Shown: positions 18,980-29,620, numbered from the stretch's first letter. The stretch is 64,000 nucleotides of DNA from an uncultured Leptospirales bacterium (GCA_964491265.1 CAZBFP010000010.1:2233-66232), one strand, 5' to 3'. The notes: a model not told the origin generated them from the sequence alone. Numbers and translations are program-made.

Positions 18980-21694
18980 CTATTTTTTTATTACTACAAA
19001 TAATCCAAGAGCAGCTGCATATGTGGCAAACCCTATGGCAAATGATGTGTTGAGGCCGTATGTAACATTAACAAAAACTGTTAAGACAACAGCCACAGTC
19101 ATTAGAGCGCCATTTATGCCGAACATGAGTGTGGCATATTCATCTGATATATCCTTTTTAATCTGGTCAAGAGCATGGGGGAAGGGGAGACCCATGAGAA
19201 ATGCCAGAGGGAAAATCATGGCTGATGATATAAAGAGCTTTGTAGTAAAAGCATATTTTGCCAGCCCATTGAATATGGCATCAGCAAAAAGAGCCTGGAA
19301 AAGAATAAGAAGAGGAATTGCCGCAATACACGCAATAAGTGTTCTCTTCCTGAAATTTCTGCTGAAGTAGCTTCCCAGTCCGCTGAAGAAAAGGAGCCCC
19401 CCGAGTATTACGATTGTAGAATATACTGGTGAGCCGATAAATCTCTGGTACTTCTGCATAAGAACAATTTCAACCATCATAAAACCGAGTCCCAGAAGTG
19501 AAAAGAAAACTGTATGGAGCGGAAGTTTGAATCCCTGCGATCTGTACCTGAATACAGTAAGGAGTATAACAGGAATAAAAAGAATACCCGCAAGTTTTAC
19601 AATCACATCAAGAAGTACGCGAACCTCTTTTTTGTTTTTATAAACATTGAAAGGGAAGGGCTTGTTGTCCCTTGTGGGTGTCAGGTCCACTTCATAGGGG
19701 AAGTCAATCTGATCCAGTATAGAGTGGACCCTTTCTTTATTGGCATCTGTTATCATATTGCGTTTTATGTAATATCTTTTCTGCTGGCTGCTGAATGTAA
19801 ACAGGCTTTTAAAGAATTCAGCATCTTCAGAATTTTTTATTAGCGGAAGCATATCCTCTTCAAATTCAGCCTGTCTGATTCTGTTTGGATATTCGGTCAT
19901 TTCATAAATAGGCTCAGGAGCATTGAATACTCTTTCAAACATATGTCCGGTTTTTATAGCAGGGTGAAGAGTAATTCCGGAACCGTATCTGGGAGCAATT
20001 ACATTATGATATCTGGCAAATGTGGCCAGTTCAGCCTGAGTAAAGGGGGATTTCTTTACAAGAACTGTCTGAAAGTTCTGGTTTGGTCCCCAGAAATCCC
20101 AGGAGTATATAAGAATATGCTGATCGGGGTTTTTTACACCCATCTCTTCAAGTGTGGCCCTGACAGTGTTGAGAAATTTGTAAAAGGCATATCTTGCCCT
20201 TGGAGTCTCAAGAATCTCCTCATAAACCAGCATCCCCTTGTCTGAAAGCTTATTCAGCATAAGTTTTGTGGCTTCCACAGTATGCAGGTATTCAGGCATA
20301 AGTGTGGCCATGGCCGGGTACTCAGGGTGAAGATTCATGAGTGTAATCATGTCATAAATTTCGGTGTTGCTTGTGAGGAAATATCTCCCCTCAGCTTCGT
20401 ATGCCTCAATACCTTTATAGGGGTAATTGGCAAATCTTGAGAAGTAGCCTTTTCCGTCCTCTTCAGTCATCAGGTTCATCAGCACAGGTGAAAATTCAAC
20501 ACCGCTGACCCTTGATCCGGGCTGTCTCTTAGCTGATTTAACCAGTCCGTCATAGGATAGGCCTATAATAAATATATTGGGGCTTTCAATATGCGGAACA
20601 CGAGGATCCCACAATGTACCGTTTGACTGAAGAGCAGTGTCGAGAGGTATACCGTTTGAACAGTAAATTATTGTTCTATCGTTAATATTGAAAAAGTCGA
20701 TTTTACCCATCAGGTCGTCCTGGGAATAGATGAGTTTCCAGTTGTTACCAGGCATATGTGAGTACCAGGTCTTTCTGCTTTCAACCTTGCTCATCTCCAC
20801 TTTATGGTTATAGGTGGTTACTTCAAGGAGTTTACTCAGCCAGGTAGAACCTTCCTTCTCAGCAGGTTTGTATGTCCTGTTTATATTGTAATTTAAATCA
20901 TAGCTTCTCCAGTGTCCAATATCGTGGAGAATATATTTTGCCCTTTGGATTCCATATTTGTCACCGGAATAGACATAGTTTTCACCATCTTTTTTGTAGC
21001 TTTTCTGCATAAACTGTCTGTCAAAGGTGTTTTTTATCTCTGGAATAACCTGCTGCTCATATTCTGTTTTTGTAAGTACTTCCGGAAGTTTAAGGTTATT
21101 CATCAGAATAACAGAAGTTCCATAGATAAGCACTATGGCTATTACTGCAGTGGCAGCTTTGGCAAGTATATGCCTGAATCCGAATGCAAGTACCAGAATA
21201 AATACCGCAGGGAAAAACATGAGCATAATCATTACGTCTCCCGATTTGTAGGGGTTAACCGCAAAAATCGGGAAAATAACACCAAGTGCTGATGCTGTAA
21301 GATTACCAAAATATATCTTGTATGAATTCGCCTTGGAGAAGAGCAATGAAACAATAATCGCTGCAAACATAAAGGGAAGAATCAGCAGATAGGGGTACTG
21401 AAAATATCCTATATTGATGATATTATAGTAGGATAATGGTATGGTTGCTGTGTAGAGCAGTGCAGCAACAAGCATAATTATATAGCTGTTGAATCGTGCA
21501 AGATAAAAGCTTATAAAACTTCCAAAGGCAATACTTATCATTGCTATTGAAATAACGAAGGTAGCTGTTAAATAGTTTGTTATTATAAGGAGCTTGTGAA
21601 CATAAAGGGTTTCAATTGCCATTATTGAAAATGAAAAAACGAACATGGCAAGATTGAAAATAATGCTTTGACTAAGGCTTTTCTTCTCTGTCAT
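18980..21694 (-). CDS. Large polytopic membrane protein (904 aa) with a central spermidine-synthase-like (class I MTase-fold) soluble domain
   Basis: Many TM helices at both ends. Central IFIIGLSYDGLV...VSGVEFSPVL...YDMITLMN resembles the spermidine synthase GGGDG / VEIDP / YDVII blocks. Weak, motif-level only. Confidence 0.4.
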   Translation of the reverse strand: MTEKKSLSQSIIFNLAMFVFSFSIMAIETLYVHKLLIITNYLTATFVISIAMISIAFGSFISFYLARFNSYIIMLVAALLYTATIPLSYYNIINIGYFQYPYLLILPFMFAAIIVSLLFSKANSYKIYFGNLTASALGVIFPIFAVNPYKSGDVMIMLMFFPAVFILVLAFGFRHILAKAATAVIAIVLIYGTSVILMNNLKLPEVLTKTEYEQQVIPEIKNTFDRQFMQKSYKKDGENYVYSGDKYGIQRAKYILHDIGHWRSYDLNYNINRTYKPAEKEGSTWLSKLLEVTTYNHKVEMSKVESRKTWYSHMPGNNWKLIYSQDDLMGKIDFFNINDRTIIYCSNGIPLDTALQSNGTLWDPRVPHIESPNIFIIGLSYDGLVKSAKRQPGSRVSGVEFSPVLMNLMTEEDGKGYFSRFANYPYKGIEAYEAEGRYFLTSNTEIYDMITLMNLHPEYPAMATLMPEYLHTVEATKLMLNKLSDKGMLVYEEILETPRARYAFYKFLNTVRATLEEMGVKNPDQHILIYSWDFWGPNQNFQTVLVKKSPFTQAELATFARYHNVIAPRYGSGITLHPAIKTGHMFERVFNAPEPIYEMTEYPNRIRQAEFEEDMLPLIKNSEDAEFFKSLFTFSSQQKRYYIKRNMITDANKERVHSILDQIDFPYEVDLTPTRDNKPFPFNVYKNKKEVRVLLDVIVKLAGILFIPVILLTVFRYRSQGFKLPLHTVFFSLLGLGFMMVEIVLMQKYQRFIGSPVYSTIVILGGLLFFSGLGSYFSRNFRKRTLIACIAAIPLLILFQALFADAIFNGLAKYAFTTKLFISSAMIFPLAFLMGLPFPHALDQIKKDISDEYATLMFGINGALMTVAVVLTVFVNVTYGLNTSFAIGFATYAAALGLFVVIKK

Positions 21695-21880
21695 TGGTCT
21701 CTCTTTCTTTTAATTATAAGATTAATGTATAATTTTTCTATTTTTATGCGGATCAAAATCATGCAAAATTATCTGCCATCGATTTTCCAGTCAACTTAAT
21801 TCACATTCCTGAGATTTTTTTTATAAAAACCGGCATTTATTTATGCGGGAATATTTTTTCAATTACCTGTTAATTTTCAA

Positions 21881-21908
21881 TTGACTTTGCATATAGATAT
21901 GATAAAAT
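21881..21908 (+). promoter_or_regulatory. Sigma70-like promoter TTGACT-16-TAAAAT upstream of the Liv operon
   Basis: TTGACT at 21881-21886, TAAAAT at 21903-21908, about 55 nt before the ATG. Confidence 0.45.
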
Positions 21909-21963
21909 TCTAAATTAGCTATTTTATAGTGGTTCGATTAATATTAATAAACAGGAGTATGGG

Positions 21964-23115
21964 ATGAAAAAGTTAATTCTTGCTGTTACAGCACTTCTTG
22001 TCTTTGCTGTAATTCTTACCGGCTGTAAAAAAGACACAGCTCAGCTTGATGACGTTGAAGTTATCAAGATTGGTGTTTTCCAGCCTATGACAGGGGCCAA
22101 TGCTAATGGCGGCGAGCTCGAAGTTGTAGGTATTAAGCTTGCTAATGAAATGTTTCCTGAAGTTCTCGGCAAAAAGATTGAGCTTGTTATTGCTGACAAC
22201 AAGAGCGACAAGGTTGAGGCTGCTAATGCTGCTGAAAGACTTGTAAACAGGGACAAAGTTGTTGCAATTCTTGGAAGCTGGGGAAGCTCCTTCTCTATGG
22301 CTGCAGGTCCTATTGTAAAAGGTAAAATTCCTGCGGTTGCATGTTCTGCTACAAATCCGCTTGTTACTAAAGGTAATGACTGGTATTTCCGCGTATGTTT
22401 TATCGATCCCTTTCAGGGGAAAGTTATGGCAACATATGCTGTTAAAGAACTTGGCGCAAAAACAGCCTGTATAATTCAGGAAATTTCAAATGACTATTCA
22501 GTAGGTCTTGCCAAGTTTTTTATGGATTCATTTAAAGAACTTACAAAAGATGACAAATCTATTCTTGCTGCTCCTTTTAACTATAACACAGGGGACAACG
22601 ATTTTACAGCCCAGGTTACAGCTATTGCTCAGCTTAAGCCTGATGTAATCTTTGCTCCGGGTAACTACACAGAATCAGCTCTTCTTATTAAACAGGCGAG
22701 AGACCAGGGTATAAATATACCTTTCCTCGGCGGCGACACATGGGAAACAGGTCCATTCCTCACTGTTGGAAGAAAAACTGTTGAAGGCGCAACATTCTCT
22801 ACATTCTTTACATCTGAAGTTCCTATTACCAAGATGTCTGAAGAATTCCTTAAGGCTTACAGAGCAAAATATAAGGATGAGCCTGCTGCGGTTACAGCTC
22901 TCGGATTTGATGCATATCTTGTTGTTAGAGCGGCAATTGAAAAAGCCGGCTCAATTGACGGCAAAAAAATCAGAGACGAGATTGCAAAAACCAAAGATTT
23001 TGAGGGTGCTGCAGGTATGATTACCCTTAACAAAGATGGAGATGCTGTTAAAAATGCTGTTATTAAGATAGTAAAAGACGGCAAATTTAAATATCTTACA
23101 ACAGTTCAGCCATAA
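21964..23115 (+). CDS. Branched-chain amino-acid ABC transporter substrate-binding lipoprotein (LivJ/LivK family)
   Basis: Lipoprotein signal (LTGC). Family resemblance across the length to LivJ-type periplasmic binding proteins. First gene of a livHMGF-like operon. Confidence 0.8.
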   Translation: MKKLILAVTALLVFAVILTGCKKDTAQLDDVEVIKIGVFQPMTGANANGGELEVVGIKLANEMFPEVLGKKIELVIADNKSDKVEAANAAERLVNRDKVVAILGSWGSSFSMAAGPIVKGKIPAVACSATNPLVTKGNDWYFRVCFIDPFQGKVMATYAVKELGAKTACIIQEISNDYSVGLAKFFMDSFKELTKDDKSILAAPFNYNTGDNDFTAQVTAIAQLKPDVIFAPGNYTESALLIKQARDQGINIPFLGGDTWETGPFLTVGRKTVEGATFSTFFTSEVPITKMSEEFLKAYRAKYKDEPAAVTALGFDAYLVVRAAIEKAGSIDGKKIRDEIAKTKDFEGAAGMITLNKDGDAVKNAVIKIVKDGKFKYLTTVQP

Positions 23116-23140
23116 AATATTTTTAAAAAACTGTTTTTTC

Positions 23141-23174
23141 AAGAGCCCGGTATATGCCGGGCTCTTCTGTTTTA
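23141..23174 (+). terminator. Rho-independent terminator after the binding-protein gene
   Basis: agagcccgg-tatatg-ccgggctct hairpin followed by tctgtttt. Confidence 0.6.
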
Positions 23175-23253
23175 AATAATTTCTTGACATATATGATTAT
23201 GAGTGGAGTTTTTACTTTGAAAATATTAGCAGTAGAATTATGCGGGAGAAACT

Positions 23254-23340
23254 TGTCATTCCGGCCGAAGTGACAACGCAGTGCCGGAATCTCCTGAAAA
23301 AATCAGGAGTTCTGAGATTTCCGCCTGCGCGGGAATGACA
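23254..23340. repeat. MITE-like intergenic repeat, copy 1 (87 bp): imperfect terminal inverted repeats TGTCATTCCGGCCG / CGCGGGAATGACA and an internal perfect hairpin ctcctga-aaaaa-tcaggag
   Basis: Second, longer copy at 31979-32122 shares the same termini and internal hairpin. Confidence 0.6.
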
Positions 23341-23392
23341 GCACCTGCAAAATCAAACTGCTACCCATTATAACAGATCCCCGGAGTAAAAA

Positions 23393-24286
23393 ATGAGCTT
23401 TGAAATATTTCTCCAGCATTTGATAAACGCCATTTCTCTTGGAAGTCTTTATGCGCTTATTGCAATAGGATATACCATGGTTTATGGTATTTTAAGACTT
23501 ATAAATTTTGCCCATGGTGATATTTTTATGATAGGGGGTTATTTCGCATTTTATGGAATAACCATGTTTTTTCTCCCCTGGTGGGCTGCTTTTATAATTG
23601 CAATCTCTCTCACTGCTCTATTCGGTATGATGATTGAAAAAGCCGCTTACCGTCCATTAAGGGACTCTCCGCGGGTTTCAGTGCTTATTTCTGCAATCGG
23701 TGTATCATTTTTTCTCCAGAGCCTTGGAGTTGTAATATTCGGAGGAATACAAAAGGGCTTCCCCATTCCTGAACTTTTCGGAATAAGAATTATTTTCGGT
23801 AATCTGTCAGTCATGAGTGTTAATCTTTTTATACCTGTTATTGCCGGTATTTTCCTGGCAGGTTTAATGTATCTTGTTCATTTCACAAAAACCGGAATGG
23901 CAATGAGAGCCCTTTCAAAGGACCATGAAACAGCCAGGCTCATGTCAATAGATGTTGATAAAATTATTTCTTATACTTTCGGACTCGGTTCACTCCTTGC
24001 TGCAGTAGGGGGGATAATGTGGGGGATGAAGTATCCTCAGCTCTTCCCTTTAATGGGGCTTATGCCCGGGCTTAAATGCTTTATTGCAGCTGTTGTTGGC
24101 GGCATAGGTAACATTACAGGAGCGGTTATAGGGGGGCTTATAATAGGTATGACAGAGATTATGGCTGTTGCTTTTATGCCTGCCCTTAGCGGATACAGGG
24201 ATGCATTTGCCTTTATTCTTCTTATTGTTATACTTCTGGTGAAACCGAGCGGAATAATGGGTGAAAGTCTTACGGAAAAGGTTTAA
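23393..24286 (+). CDS. livH: Branched-chain amino-acid ABC transporter permease (LivH family)
   Basis: Polytopic membrane protein with LivH-like conserved blocks. Position in operon. Confidence 0.8.
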   Translation: MSFEIFLQHLINAISLGSLYALIAIGYTMVYGILRLINFAHGDIFMIGGYFAFYGITMFFLPWWAAFIIAISLTALFGMMIEKAAYRPLRDSPRVSVLISAIGVSFFLQSLGVVIFGGIQKGFPIPELFGIRIIFGNLSVMSVNLFIPVIAGIFLAGLMYLVHFTKTGMAMRALSKDHETARLMSIDVDKIISYTFGLGSLLAAVGGIMWGMKYPQLFPLMGLMPGLKCFIAAVVGGIGNITGAVIGGLIIGMTEIMAVAFMPALSGYRDAFAFILLIVILLVKPSGIMGESLTEKV

Positions 24287-24291
24287 TAAAG

Positions 24292-25350
24292 ATGGACAAT
24301 AATAAAGATTTAAAAAGAATTCTTACTTTCTCCGCAATTGCTTTAGGGATCGGCCTGCTGATTCTTTTCAATTATATCTTTGATTCCTATCAGCTCCGTA
24401 TACTGAACATGTGCGCAATTTATATAACCCTGGGGCTCAGTCTCAATCTTATATACGGCTTTACTGGGCTTTTTTCACTTGGGCATGCAGGTTTTATGGC
24501 AATAGGTGCCTATACCACAGCACTACTTTCAATGTCTCCTGATTTAAAGGAACTTAATTTTTTTCTTGTACCTATTGTTCCATGGCTTGCCAATACTGAA
24601 TGGAGCTTCTTTTCCGCGCTTCTTGCCGGCGGCTTACTCGCTGCTCTTGCCGGTTTCTTAATAGGTGCTCCTGTTATTAAACTCAGGGATGATTATCTTG
24701 CAATAGCCACACTCGGTTTTGCAGAAATAATCCGTATAGTATTAACAAACACTCAGTCTATAACCAATGGCTCTCTCGGGTTAAAGGGGCTCCCCCCTTA
24801 TACTAATGTATGGTGGACCTGGGGGTTGGCACTGGCATCTATTCTTTTTATGATTTATCTGTTTAAAGGGAGCTACGGCAGGGCTTTTAAGGCTATAAGA
24901 GAGGATCAGGTAGCTGCAGAAGCTATGGGGATCAATCTTTTTAAGCATAAGGTGCTCTCCTTTACAATCGGTTCCTTTATGGCAGGGATTGCCGGGGGGC
25001 TTCTTGCTCACCTTATAGGAACAATTGACCCATTAATGTTCCGTTTTCTTATAACCTTCAATATTCTCCTTATTGTAGTACTTGGCGGTATGGGGTCTAT
25101 TTCAGGTACAATAATTTCTGCAATAGTAGTAACAGTTGCCATGGAGTATATGAGAATACTGGACGGGCCTATGGACTTATATTTCTTTAAAACAGACGGC
25201 ATATCGGGGCTTAGAATGGTAATATTTTCGCTGGCCCTGCTTATTGTTATCCTCTTTTTCCAGCGGGGACTTATGGGGAACAGGGAGCTTTCATGGGACA
25301 TGATCCTCAATCCTCTGAAGAACAGAAAAAAGGGGGTTAAAGGGGAATAA
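24292..25350 (+). CDS. livM: Branched-chain amino-acid ABC transporter permease (LivM family)
   Basis: LivM-like permease, operon context. Confidence 0.8.
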   Translation: MDNNKDLKRILTFSAIALGIGLLILFNYIFDSYQLRILNMCAIYITLGLSLNLIYGFTGLFSLGHAGFMAIGAYTTALLSMSPDLKELNFFLVPIVPWLANTEWSFFSALLAGGLLAALAGFLIGAPVIKLRDDYLAIATLGFAEIIRIVLTNTQSITNGSLGLKGLPPYTNVWWTWGLALASILFMIYLFKGSYGRAFKAIREDQVAAEAMGINLFKHKVLSFTIGSFMAGIAGGLLAHLIGTIDPLMFRFLITFNILLIVVLGGMGSISGTIISAIVVTVAMEYMRILDGPMDLYFFKTDGISGLRMVIFSLALLIVILFFQRGLMGNRELSWDMILNPLKNRKKGVKGE

Positions 25351-25351
25351 G

Positions 25352-26113
25352 ATGTATATATTACGAACAGACAATATAACTATGAAATTCGGCGGCCTTG
25401 TAGCTGTGTCGAATCTCAGCCTTGAATTAAAGCATAATGAAATAGTGGGGCTTATCGGACCAAATGGTGCAGGTAAAACGACTGCTTTTAATATGATAAC
25501 AAGCCAGTACACACCTACTGAAGGTTTTATATATTTTAAAAATCAGGATATTACTCATTTCAGGCCTCATGAAATAACCAGGCTCGGCATAGCACGAACC
25601 TTCCAGAATATTAAACTATTTAAGGAGATGAGCGTTCTTGACAATGTACTTGTGGGGAATCATCTCCGCCTTCGTTCAAAACTTATCGCATCTGTATTAA
25701 GAACACCCTACTATCTGAAGGAAGAGAAGCACATGATAGAGAAGTCGAAACATCTTCTGGAAGATCTGGGGCTGATAGATGTAATGAATGAGAAATCCTA
25801 CTCCCTGCCTTATGGAAAACAGAGAAGACTTGAAATCGCAAGAGCCCTTGCAACGGACCCGAAACTTCTCCTCCTTGATGAGCCTGCAGCCGGGATGAAT
25901 CCCCATGAATCAATAGAGCTCATGGAGTTTATTCATGAAATAAGGGATAAGTTTGATATTACAATCCTCCTTATTGAACATACCATGCAGGTGGTCATGG
26001 GTGTGTGTGAAAGAATTTATGTTCTTGATCATGGAGTTACTATTGCAGAGGGGTCACCCTCGGAAATACAGAATGATCCAAAGGTGATAGAAGCCTATCT
26101 GGGGGTAAGCTGA
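25352..26113 (+). CDS. livG: ABC transporter ATP-binding protein (LivG family)
   Basis: Walker A GPNGAGKTT, ABC signature, Walker B LLLDEPAAG. Confidence 0.85.
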   Translation: MYILRTDNITMKFGGLVAVSNLSLELKHNEIVGLIGPNGAGKTTAFNMITSQYTPTEGFIYFKNQDITHFRPHEITRLGIARTFQNIKLFKEMSVLDNVLVGNHLRLRSKLIASVLRTPYYLKEEKHMIEKSKHLLEDLGLIDVMNEKSYSLPYGKQRRLEIARALATDPKLLLLDEPAAGMNPHESIELMEFIHEIRDKFDITILLIEHTMQVVMGVCERIYVLDHGVTIAEGSPSEIQNDPKVIEAYLGVS

Positions 26114-26820
26114 TGCTGAGCATTAAAGATTTATATGTAAATTACGGCGGTATAAAAGCGCTGCAGGGGATAAATATTGAAGTACCGGAAGGGAAAATAA
26201 TTACACTTATCGGCGGGAACGGTGCAGGTAAAAGCACCACTTTAAGAACCTCAATAGGTCTGGTAAAACCTGCATCAGGCTCTGTTTTATATAATGGTAA
26301 AAATATTACCGGTATAAAAACAATGGATATTGTTAAAAACGGCATGGTTCTTGTTCCTGAAGGGAGAAAGGTTTTCACCAACCTTACGGTACATGAAAAC
26401 CTTGTCCTTGGAGCCTACTCCAGAAAAGATAAAGATGCGGTTGAAAAAGATCAGGAAAAGGTATACGCCATTTTCCCCAGACTCAAGGAGAGGCTTAAGC
26501 AGAAGGCTGGAACCCTTTCCGGCGGTGAGCAGCAGATGCTGGCACTGGGGAGAGCGATTATGACAAAACCGAAGCTCCTTATGATGGATGAACCTTCCCT
26601 GGGGCTTGCCCCCCTTATCGTTAAGGGGATATTTGAAGTAATAAAAGAGATAAATGCACTGGGGGTAACAATTCTCCTTATTGAACAGAATGCCAAGGCT
26701 GCGCTTGAGATTGCCGATTTCGGTTATGTACTTGAAACAGGTAAAATTGTACTTAAAGGGACAGGTAAAGATCTGCTCAATAATGACGATGTTAAGAAAG
26801 CCTATCTGGGAATAGCCTGA
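26113..26820 (+). CDS. livF: ABC transporter ATP-binding protein (LivF family)
   Basis: Walker A GGNGAGKST, signature LSGGEQQML, Walker B LLMMDEPS. Overlaps livG by 1 nt. Confidence 0.85.
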   Translation: MLSIKDLYVNYGGIKALQGINIEVPEGKIITLIGGNGAGKSTTLRTSIGLVKPASGSVLYNGKNITGIKTMDIVKNGMVLVPEGRKVFTNLTVHENLVLGAYSRKDKDAVEKDQEKVYAIFPRLKERLKQKAGTLSGGEQQMLALGRAIMTKPKLLMMDEPSLGLAPLIVKGIFEVIKEINALGVTILLIEQNAKAALEIADFGYVLETGKIVLKGTGKDLLNNDDVKKAYLGIA

Positions 26821-26828
26821 TAATTAAT

Positions 26829-27872
26829 ATGGCCGGCAGGGGAAGATCTGTACTGATTATTTATACCGGCGGAACCATCGGCATGGCCATTGACCGGGAA
26901 ACCGGGGCTTACGAGCCTATCAATTTTCAGAATATCCGGGATGTGGTTCCTGAACTTAAAAGACTGGGGCCGGAAATTGATGTTATCGAGTTTGATGAAC
27001 CTCTTGATTCGTCAGGAATAACACCACCTCTGTGGCTTGAAATTGCAGCGATTATCAGAAATAATTATTCACGATATGACGGTTTTGTTGTACTCCATGG
27101 TACAGATACTATGGCATATACAGCATCAGCTTTAAGTTTTATTTTAAATGATATTTCCAAGCCGGTAATTTTAACCGGTTCACAGCTCCCCATAAATACA
27201 TTGCGCACAGACGGCAGGGAAAATCTTATAACAGCTATAGAAATTGCAGCTGCAGAGAGTGATGGCCTCCCTCTTGTGCCTGAATTGTGTATCTACTTTG
27301 AAAACAAGCTTTATCGTGGGAACAGAACAACAAAAAGAAGCGCCGATCATTTTAACGCTTTTGAGTCTCCGAATTTTCCCCTTCTTGCTGAAGCTGGTAT
27401 AAATATAGTATATAATCATCAGCTTATACGGAAAAATATTGATCCAGGTTTAAAATCCCCGGCAAATCCGGTTATAGACGAAAATGTATTTATACTTAAA
27501 CTCTTCCCCGGAATAACAGCTTCGGCTATTGAGTCTGTGGTGAATATTCCGGGACTAAGGGGGCTTATCCTTGAAACTTACGGTTCCGGTAATGCGCCTG
27601 AGGATGAGTGGCTTATAAAACCGCTGGCTCAAGGTGTAAAAAAAGGGATCGTGACAGCAAATATAACACAGTGTATTTCCGGAACAGTATCGATGAAGAG
27701 GTACAAAACCGGACTTGGTCTTCTTGATGCGGGTGTAATAAGCGGTTACGATATGACAAGTGAGGCTGCTGTTACAAAGTTGATGTATCTGCTGGGACAG
27801 CATAGTGAACAGGAGAGTGTGAGCCGTTTATTCGAGACATCTCTTGCAGGTGAGCTGACATTGAATAATTAA
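26829..27872 (+). CDS. ansA: L-asparaginase (type I-like)
   Basis: LIIYTGGTIGM and VVLHGTDTMAYTASALSF asparaginase signature blocks. Confidence 0.8.
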   Translation: MAGRGRSVLIIYTGGTIGMAIDRETGAYEPINFQNIRDVVPELKRLGPEIDVIEFDEPLDSSGITPPLWLEIAAIIRNNYSRYDGFVVLHGTDTMAYTASALSFILNDISKPVILTGSQLPINTLRTDGRENLITAIEIAAAESDGLPLVPELCIYFENKLYRGNRTTKRSADHFNAFESPNFPLLAEAGINIVYNHQLIRKNIDPGLKSPANPVIDENVFILKLFPGITASAIESVVNIPGLRGLILETYGSGNAPEDEWLIKPLAQGVKKGIVTANITQCISGTVSMKRYKTGLGLLDAGVISGYDMTSEAAVTKLMYLLGQHSEQESVSRLFETSLAGELTLNN

Positions 27873-27890
27873 CTCCATCTGAAAAGTTTT

Positions 27891-28607
27891 TTAATCTATC
27901 CCTCCATTAAGTTTAAGATGATTCACAACCTCTTCCCCTGTTTTAAATGAACTGAAAAATTTTAGCGTGCTGATTGTAGGAGTTACCATTTTTATCTCCT
28001 TACTTTTATACCCTGCAAGTGCCTCAGCCGGTGTCATCCATCTTGTTTCAACCAGTTCAATGCCGTCATGGATAATGTATTGATCCTCCGGAGCCAGTGC
28101 GGCAAAAAATCTTGTGTCGTATCTTATGGGGGAGAAAACCGGGGTTATCCATCTTGATATATAGTGTATTGCATCAAATGCAGGCTCAAGTTTCTCACGT
28201 TTAAGCATTTCCCGGAAGCTTAGACGGTTTTCATAAACCATGGATCTGTACTTGGAATATTTTCTGATGTCATCATCATTAATAATAGAGACAAATTTCC
28301 CCTTCCGGTCCCTGGCAAGGAGAAAGCCCGATTCTTCAAAGGTTTCCCTTATCGCACCCATTGCATAAAGCGTTATGTCAAATTCCCTATCTTCCTTTCT
28401 GCTGCAGTTTTGGTTGAAGCTGCAATCATCAGGGGAATCGTCATGAATGTCCTGATCATCAATGGCGCCGCCGGGGAATACATAATATGAGGGGAGGAAT
28501 CTGTCTTTAGCATGCCTTTTTAAAAGGAGTACCTGGAAACTGTTTTCATCATCATGCCTGTTTTTTAATATTGCTATAGTGGAGGCTTTTCGCGGTTTTG
28601 CAAACAT
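27891..28607 (-). CDS. NUDIX hydrolase
   Basis: Nudix box GAIRETFEESGFLL (GX5EX7REUXEEXGU). Confidence 0.7.
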   Translation of the reverse strand: MFAKPRKASTIAILKNRHDDENSFQVLLLKRHAKDRFLPSYYVFPGGAIDDQDIHDDSPDDCSFNQNCSRKEDREFDITLYAMGAIRETFEESGFLLARDRKGKFVSIINDDDIRKYSKYRSMVYENRLSFREMLKREKLEPAFDAIHYISRWITPVFSPIRYDTRFFAALAPEDQYIIHDGIELVETRWMTPAEALAGYKSKEIKMVTPTISTLKFFSSFKTGEEVVNHLKLNGGID

Positions 28608-28626
28608 TTCTCTATTCCGTCATTAT

Positions 28627-29529
28627 TTAAACTATCCTAAGCTCCTGAAGAAGTGAATCAAAGTCAAGTTTATATTTTTCAAAAATATAGCGGTTAAGGG
28701 CATCCCCTTTCTGCAGCCGCCGCGCCGCCTTGTATGAATTATCTATTATATTTTTTATACTTTCACTGCTGCATAGATCATTGTATGTCTGGTAAAAGCG
28801 GATAGTATAATCGCATACTGATAGTACACGGTTAAGCTGTTTTTTCTTCATGTAAATATCGGACAGTTCATTGCAGGTCTTGATAATGCTGCTTACGTTT
28901 ACCGATTCCGACTCAGTAGTATCCTGGAAAGGGTCAATCTTAACAGCTCTAAGATAATATTTTAGTGCTTTCTCTGTATCATTCAGGTTATGATGATAAA
29001 TATATCCAATGCGGTAAAGAGCCAGTATGTAGTCGGGATTGAGGGCAAGGGCATTTTCAAATGCATCAATTACAAAAAAAGGATCTTTTCTTACAGAAAA
29101 ATTAGCTCCCAGCATAAACCATGATTTTGCAGACCTGGGGTTATTCACCTGCAGCTCGCGGGCTTTTTCATGGGCCTTGTATTCATTTGCATTTAAAATA
29201 GAAATTCTTTTAGCAAGAGAGTTTTGAAGCTTTATTGCCTTCTTTTTGTATTTTCTGGCTGTGGAGTAGTTGATAATTTCATCATACTCCTCCAGCGCAA
29301 TATCCTCGTACTCCTTGTCGCCGGAAAGGTAGGCCAGTTTGTCATATGCCATTGCAAGGGTTAAAGAGGTGAGGGGGAGATCATAACCATGATGTTTTAA
29401 CCGCACAAGTATAGCTATTGCTTCATGAAGCCGGTTCTTTTTGTAAAATTTTTTTGCCTGTTTAAATGACTCCTTATAGTCAGTAACAGGTTTATTTGTA
29501 TCGAAAAATTTCATCATAGCAGGTGACAT
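28627..29529 (-). CDS. Tetratricopeptide-repeat protein
   Basis: Repeated TPR-like helical hairpins (AxxYxxxG patterns). Confidence 0.55.
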   Translation of the reverse strand: MSPAMMKFFDTNKPVTDYKESFKQAKKFYKKNRLHEAIAILVRLKHHGYDLPLTSLTLAMAYDKLAYLSGDKEYEDIALEEYDEIINYSTARKYKKKAIKLQNSLAKRISILNANEYKAHEKARELQVNNPRSAKSWFMLGANFSVRKDPFFVIDAFENALALNPDYILALYRIGYIYHHNLNDTEKALKYYLRAVKIDPFQDTTESESVNVSSIIKTCNELSDIYMKKKQLNRVLSVCDYTIRFYQTYNDLCSSESIKNIIDNSYKAARRLQKGDALNRYIFEKYKLDFDSLLQELRIV

Positions 29530-29620
29530 AATACCTTTTTAATAATTTTTCGGTATTCCATGCCTTTAAGTTAAGAATTTATTGAGAATATACAGATTAA
29601 TTCAGAAATTATTTCTAAAT

